In this document: positions 36,123 to 39,384 of the stretch, piece by piece
Layout of the letters: every line of letters begins with the position of its first letter
Numbering within the stretch: position 1 is the stretch's first letter
NCBI GenBank assembly: GCA_041641835.1
Contig: JBEPXQ010000001.1
Span: forward strand, 1-39,384
Source of the DNA: Bacteroidales bacterium
GTDB lineage: Bacteria > Bacteroidota > Bacteroidia > Bacteroidales > PWNQ01
DNA: 39,384 bases
Reading direction: 5' to 3'
Program-made: the position numbers and the translations under genes
The notes under the pieces: model-generated
The model's database searches: none
Told to the model about the DNA's origin: nothing
What the model saw: the letters and a program-made list of their open reading frames with translations, nothing else

Positions 36123-36551
36123 ATGCAGAAGCCCAAAAAAGAACGTGATTTTTTAGACCTGCCGAAGCTTTTAGGAGGGAAAAAAGCTTTTAGGGAGTTT
36201 ATTGCCAAAAATTTACGGTACCCGAAAGAAGCTTTGAAAAACAGGATTGAAGGGGATGTGCTCATCAGCTTTGAAGTAAACGATTTAGGAAAGGTCACTT
36301 CTGCAAAAGTGATAAATGGGCCCGGATATGGCTGTGATGAGGAAGCTCTCAGGCTTATTCATCTGATTCCTTTCAGCAAAACCCGAAAACAGGGAGTGAG
36401 AGTAAAAAGCACATTCAGAACAAAAATCAGGTTCGAGCTCCCAGCCCAAACCAGCTTGTCATATCAGTACAAGGCAAAGGAAAAAACTGCTGAAAAGCCC
36501 AAAAAACAAGGCATCTCCTACACCTACACTATTAAGAAACAACAAAGCTGA
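36123..36551 (+). CDS. TonB C-terminal domain protein lacking an N-terminal membrane anchor
   Basis: TonB_C signature YPKEALKNRIEGDVLISFEVNDLGKVTSAKVINGPGYGCDEEALRLI. No hydrophobic N-terminal segment. Confidence 0.75.
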   Translation: MQKPKKERDFLDLPKLLGGKKAFREFIAKNLRYPKEALKNRIEGDVLISFEVNDLGKVTSAKVINGPGYGCDEEALRLIHLIPFSKTRKQGVRVKSTFRTKIRFELPAQTSLSYQYKAKEKTAEKPKKQGISYTYTIKKQQS

Positions 36552-36600
36552 ACAGCTCACCGTTTTCTTTTTTTAAAAAAAGAACCTATATTTACGCACC

Positions 36601-37005
36601 ATGAACAAAGCAATCAGGATTATTTTATTTTTCGTGCTGATACTGTCGGGGATATCTTTTTATTCTTGTTATGATGAATTTAAGGGGCCTGCAGGCTATG
36701 GTAATTATTATTTTAATAATCAGTCAAATCAGAATGTCTTTCTGAAATATCTGCCGGTGGATGGCGATACACAGCTCACCAGCATAATCTTTGCCGATAG
36801 CATGGTTATGTTCCATAGTGATAAGATGACGGAAGAAAATCCTTCTCCGTCAAAATCATTTCAGTTGCTTCAGGTTTACATTAAAGGTGATAGCATTGAT
36901 GTATTGAGTATGGAGCTGAAACCTGTGGTTGATTCAGTATGGACAGAGGAGAATGTGACTGAATTTAGTATCGGCGAGAAAAACTGGGTGTTGGATTATC
37001 CATGA
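36601..37005 (+). CDS. Small hypothetical lipoprotein
   Basis: Signal peptide plus lipobox-like LSGISFYSC, followed by acidic residues (C-Y-D-E-F). No recognisable domain. Confidence 0.55.
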   Translation: MNKAIRIILFFVLILSGISFYSCYDEFKGPAGYGNYYFNNQSNQNVFLKYLPVDGDTQLTSIIFADSMVMFHSDKMTEENPSPSKSFQLLQVYIKGDSIDVLSMELKPVVDSVWTEENVTEFSIGEKNWVLDYP

Positions 37006-37035
37006 TAAAGTAAAAACAAACCGAAATATAACACT

Positions 37036-37812
37036 ATGAAATTCAAACATTGGAGGCTCAAAAGCAAAAAAGCACTCATTACAGGTGCAACCAGGGGCAT
37101 TGGCCGGGCCATTGCTGATGAATTCCTTAACCTTGGCGCGGAGATTTTCATCGTTGCCCGCAGCAGGGAAGACCTGGAGGCTTATGTAAGGGAGAAGGAA
37201 GAACAAGGATATCACGGGCAGGTCCATTATTATGTGTGCGATATTGCTAAGGAAAATTACCGCAGGAAACTGGCTGGTGAAATCCATAAGCTATGGGGCG
37301 AACTGGATATTCTGGTTAATAATGCCGGGATTAACAAGCGGAAGAAGTTTCGCGAGTATAATACTCAGGAGTATGATGAAATTGTAAAAACAAATATCCG
37401 TTCGGCTTATCACCTATGTCAGATACTTACACCCATGATGGAAGACCGCCAGGATGCAAGCATAGTAAATATTTCATCAGTAGCGGGATCCATGCATATT
37501 CGCACCGGAGTGGTTTATGCCGTTACCAAGGCAGCCATGAACCAGTTAACCAGAAATATAGCTGTTGAGATGGCAGAGTCCGGTATCAGAGTAAATGCAG
37601 TGGCACCCTGGTACACCAACACACCCATGGTACAGCATCTGATGCAAGATGAGGATTACCGCAAAAATGTGGTATCGCGTACCCCGCTTGGCAGGATAGC
37701 CGAACCGGAAGAAGTAGCCAACCTGGTGGCATTCCTGTGCATGCCTGCTGCCAGTTTTATTACCGGGCAGGTAATCAACGTGGATGGCGGATTTTCAATT
37801 TATGGATTTTAA
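37036..37812 (+). CDS. Short-chain dehydrogenase/reductase (tropinone reductase-like SDR)
   Basis: [10 protein letters not shown] cofactor motif, NNAG, and catalytic S...YAVTKAA. Confidence 0.9.
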   Translation: MKFKHWRLKSKKALITGATRGIGRAIADEFLNLGAEIFIVARSREDLEAYVREKEEQGYHGQVHYYVCDIAKENYRRKLAGEIHKLWGELDILVNNAGINKRKKFREYNTQEYDEIVKTNIRSAYHLCQILTPMMEDRQDASIVNISSVAGSMHIRTGVVYAVTKAAMNQLTRNIAVEMAESGIRVNAVAPWYTNTPMVQHLMQDEDYRKNVVSRTPLGRIAEPEEVANLVAFLCMPAASFITGQVINVDGGFSIYGF

Positions 37813-37849
37813 ATAGCAAAAAAAGACTGAATGGCATAAATCTTTACGC

Positions 37850-38965
37850 TTATTTCGTTTTACGATATTTCCATATGGCCAGGCTCAATGAGACGATGGC
37901 AAATACTGATATGGAGAAAAATTCACTGGCAACATCGGCGAAGCCTGAACCTTTCAATAATACCATGCGGTTTACGCGCATAAAATAAGCCAAAGGATTT
38001 ATCAGATTGGCGCGTTGGGCCCACTGAGGCATGCTGTCTTCCGGTGTGAACAACCCGGACATCAGAATAAATACCAGCATGAAGAAAAAAGTGACAAACA
38101 TCACTTGTTGTTGTGTGTTTGCTGAAACTGAAATAAGCAGACCTAGAGCCAGAATTACCAGCAGGTAAATGGCGGCAAAGCTGAAAAGCACTAACAAACT
38201 ACCTTCAATGGGAACAGCAAACATCAGTTTTCCCAACGTAAGGCCAAATGCCAGTTCAAATAAAGCAATCAGCCAGAAAGGGAACAATTTGCCAATCACA
38301 AACTGATGCTTTCTGATAGGTGTAACGTTTATCTGTTCAATGGTGCCAAGCTCTTTCTCGCGTACGATATTCAGGGCCGTTAAAAACATCCCGATAATTG
38401 TGACGAGTATTACGAGTATGCCTGGAACCATGTAGTTTTTGTAGTTCAGGCTTGGATTGAACCAGAAAGAACTGCTGATATTCACTTTTAGCATGGGCTC
38501 GCCTTTAAGGTGAGGATCATCGATAATTACGTTTTTGTTGAAGTCAGCAATAACGTTGGATGTATAAGCATTAATAAGTCCTGCTGTGCGCGAGTTTATA
38601 CCATCTACCAGCAGTTGTGCTTTGGTGTGCTTTTCGGTCAACAGATCATGCTCAAAACCATTTTCAAGGTGCAGAACAACATCAGCATCTCCCCTTAGCA
38701 GGCTGTTGTGTCCGTCTTCAACATTCATGGATTGGTCCACAATCCTGAAAAATGGTGATCCATTGAACTTATTCTGAAGGCGAAGGCTGGTAGCAGACTG
38801 ATCCTTATCCACGATAAACATTTTGATGTTTTTCATGTCGAAAGTAGCTGCATTTACCAGAATCAGCAATTGTAGCAGCGGCATTACAAATATGATCGGG
38901 AGCATGGTGCGATCCCGGAATATCATGGTAAATTCTTTGCGTAATAAAAACAATATTGTTCTCAT
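37850..38965 (-). CDS. ABC-2 type transporter permease
   Basis: 371 aa. N-terminal TM, a large extracytoplasmic loop, then five C-terminal TMs. YbhS/YbhR-like layout. Confidence 0.8.
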   Translation of the reverse strand: MRTILFLLRKEFTMIFRDRTMLPIIFVMPLLQLLILVNAATFDMKNIKMFIVDKDQSATSLRLQNKFNGSPFFRIVDQSMNVEDGHNSLLRGDADVVLHLENGFEHDLLTEKHTKAQLLVDGINSRTAGLINAYTSNVIADFNKNVIIDDPHLKGEPMLKVNISSSFWFNPSLNYKNYMVPGILVILVTIIGMFLTALNIVREKELGTIEQINVTPIRKHQFVIGKLFPFWLIALFELAFGLTLGKLMFAVPIEGSLLVLFSFAAIYLLVILALGLLISVSANTQQQVMFVTFFFMLVFILMSGLFTPEDSMPQWAQRANLINPLAYFMRVNRMVLLKGSGFADVASEFFSISVFAIVSLSLAIWKYRKTK

Positions 38966-38976
38966 GGGTTCAGGTA

Positions 38977-39384
38977 TTACTCAAGTCTTATTTTGAAGTT
39001 TTTAACGCTTAAAGCAATGAATAGAACGGTAAAGCCAAGTATGGCCAGTGTTTCTTTCCACACAAAGGCCAATCCTGTTCCTTTCAGAAGGATGTTCTTT
39101 ACGATATCGATAAAGTAGCGTGGAGGCATAATGTAGGTAATAGCCTGTAGCCAGCCGGGCATGTTTTCGATGGGAAAAATGAAGCCGGAAAGCAGGACAG
39201 TAGGAAGCATCAGTGCAAACATGGAAATAAACATGGCTACCTGTTGGCTGTTGGACCTGGTAGAAATGAATATACCCAGGCTCAGAGCCATGAAAATGTA
39301 AAGCAGGCTTTCCCCCAATAGCAGGAGCAGACTGCCTTCCAGAGGCACTTTAAACACGAAGAAACCCATAAAAATGACAGTGAG
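38977..39384 (-). CDS. ABC-2 type transporter permease (C-terminal part; gene continues beyond the window)
   Basis: Paralogous to the downstream permease (VPLEGSLLLLL..., MPGWLQAITYIMPPRYF versus MPQWAQRANLINPLAYF). The reading frame is open to the window edge. Confidence 0.75.
   Translation of the reverse strand, partial: LTVIFMGFFVFKVPLEGSLLLLLGESLLYIFMALSLGIFISTRSNSQQVAMFISMFALMLPTVLLSGFIFPIENMPGWLQAITYIMPPRYFIDIVKNILLKGTGLAFVWKETLAILGFTVLFIALSVKNFKIRLE

Noticed and set aside
36565-36584. Perfect 20-nt A/T palindrome TTCTTTTTTTAAAAAAAGAA right after the TonB_C gene.
   Set aside because: It is composed almost entirely of T and A runs. As RNA it would form only a weak U-A stem, so it is most simply a poly-T/poly-A junction in an AT-rich spacer. 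It could contribute to termination, but it is not convincing as a discrete element.
1-39384. Searched by eye for CRISPR arrays, transposases, integrases, phage genes, toxin-antitoxin pairs and known defence-system hallmarks.
   Set aside because: I saw no spaced direct repeats and no ORF with transposase, integrase, nuclease-NTPase or TA-like motifs. Apart from the loci listed as findings, gene content is ordinary core chromosome. An exhaustive repeat search was not possible by eye.

Overview
This is a 39.4-kb chromosomal segment that looks like Bacteroidota. Three things support that: a T9SS C-terminal sorting domain on a PKD protein, recurrent TAnnTTTG -7 promoter boxes upstream of genes that lack Shine-Dalgarno sites, and the long three-domain form of IspG. 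I call 35 protein-coding genes (one truncated at the right edge) and one tRNA-Arg(CCT). Most genes are housekeeping or core metabolism: ispG, the ybdL-yafV glutamine transaminase/omega-amidase pair, pgk, hsp20, hcp, metG, ldcA, yraN, rluB, an asmA-like gene, hemW, an SDR and ABC-2 permeases. I saw no CRISPR array, transposase, integrase, phage gene or recognisable defence system. Several ORF-track starts are TTG/GTG extensions; I trimmed them to in-frame ATGs where homolog N-termini or promoter boxes support that. Four loci stand out. (1) At 15.1-18.3 kb there is a signalling cluster of a stand-alone receiver, a sigma54-dependent activator, an Hpt protein and a 6-TM sensor-like protein, with no histidine-kinase catalytic domain. 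(2) At 0.2-4.3 kb an ECF sigma operon encodes a partner protein that combines a cytoplasmic N-terminus, one TM helix, a long acidic linker and a C-terminal outer-membrane beta-barrel, followed by a PKD/T9SS cargo gene. (3) An Rrf2-ferredoxin-hcp operon has a perfect 8-2-8 palindrome inside its predicted promoter. (4) A secreted 659-aa protein of unknown function seems to carry only the extracytoplasmic part of DUF2723-type proteins. All functional calls come from motif recognition by eye; no database search was run.
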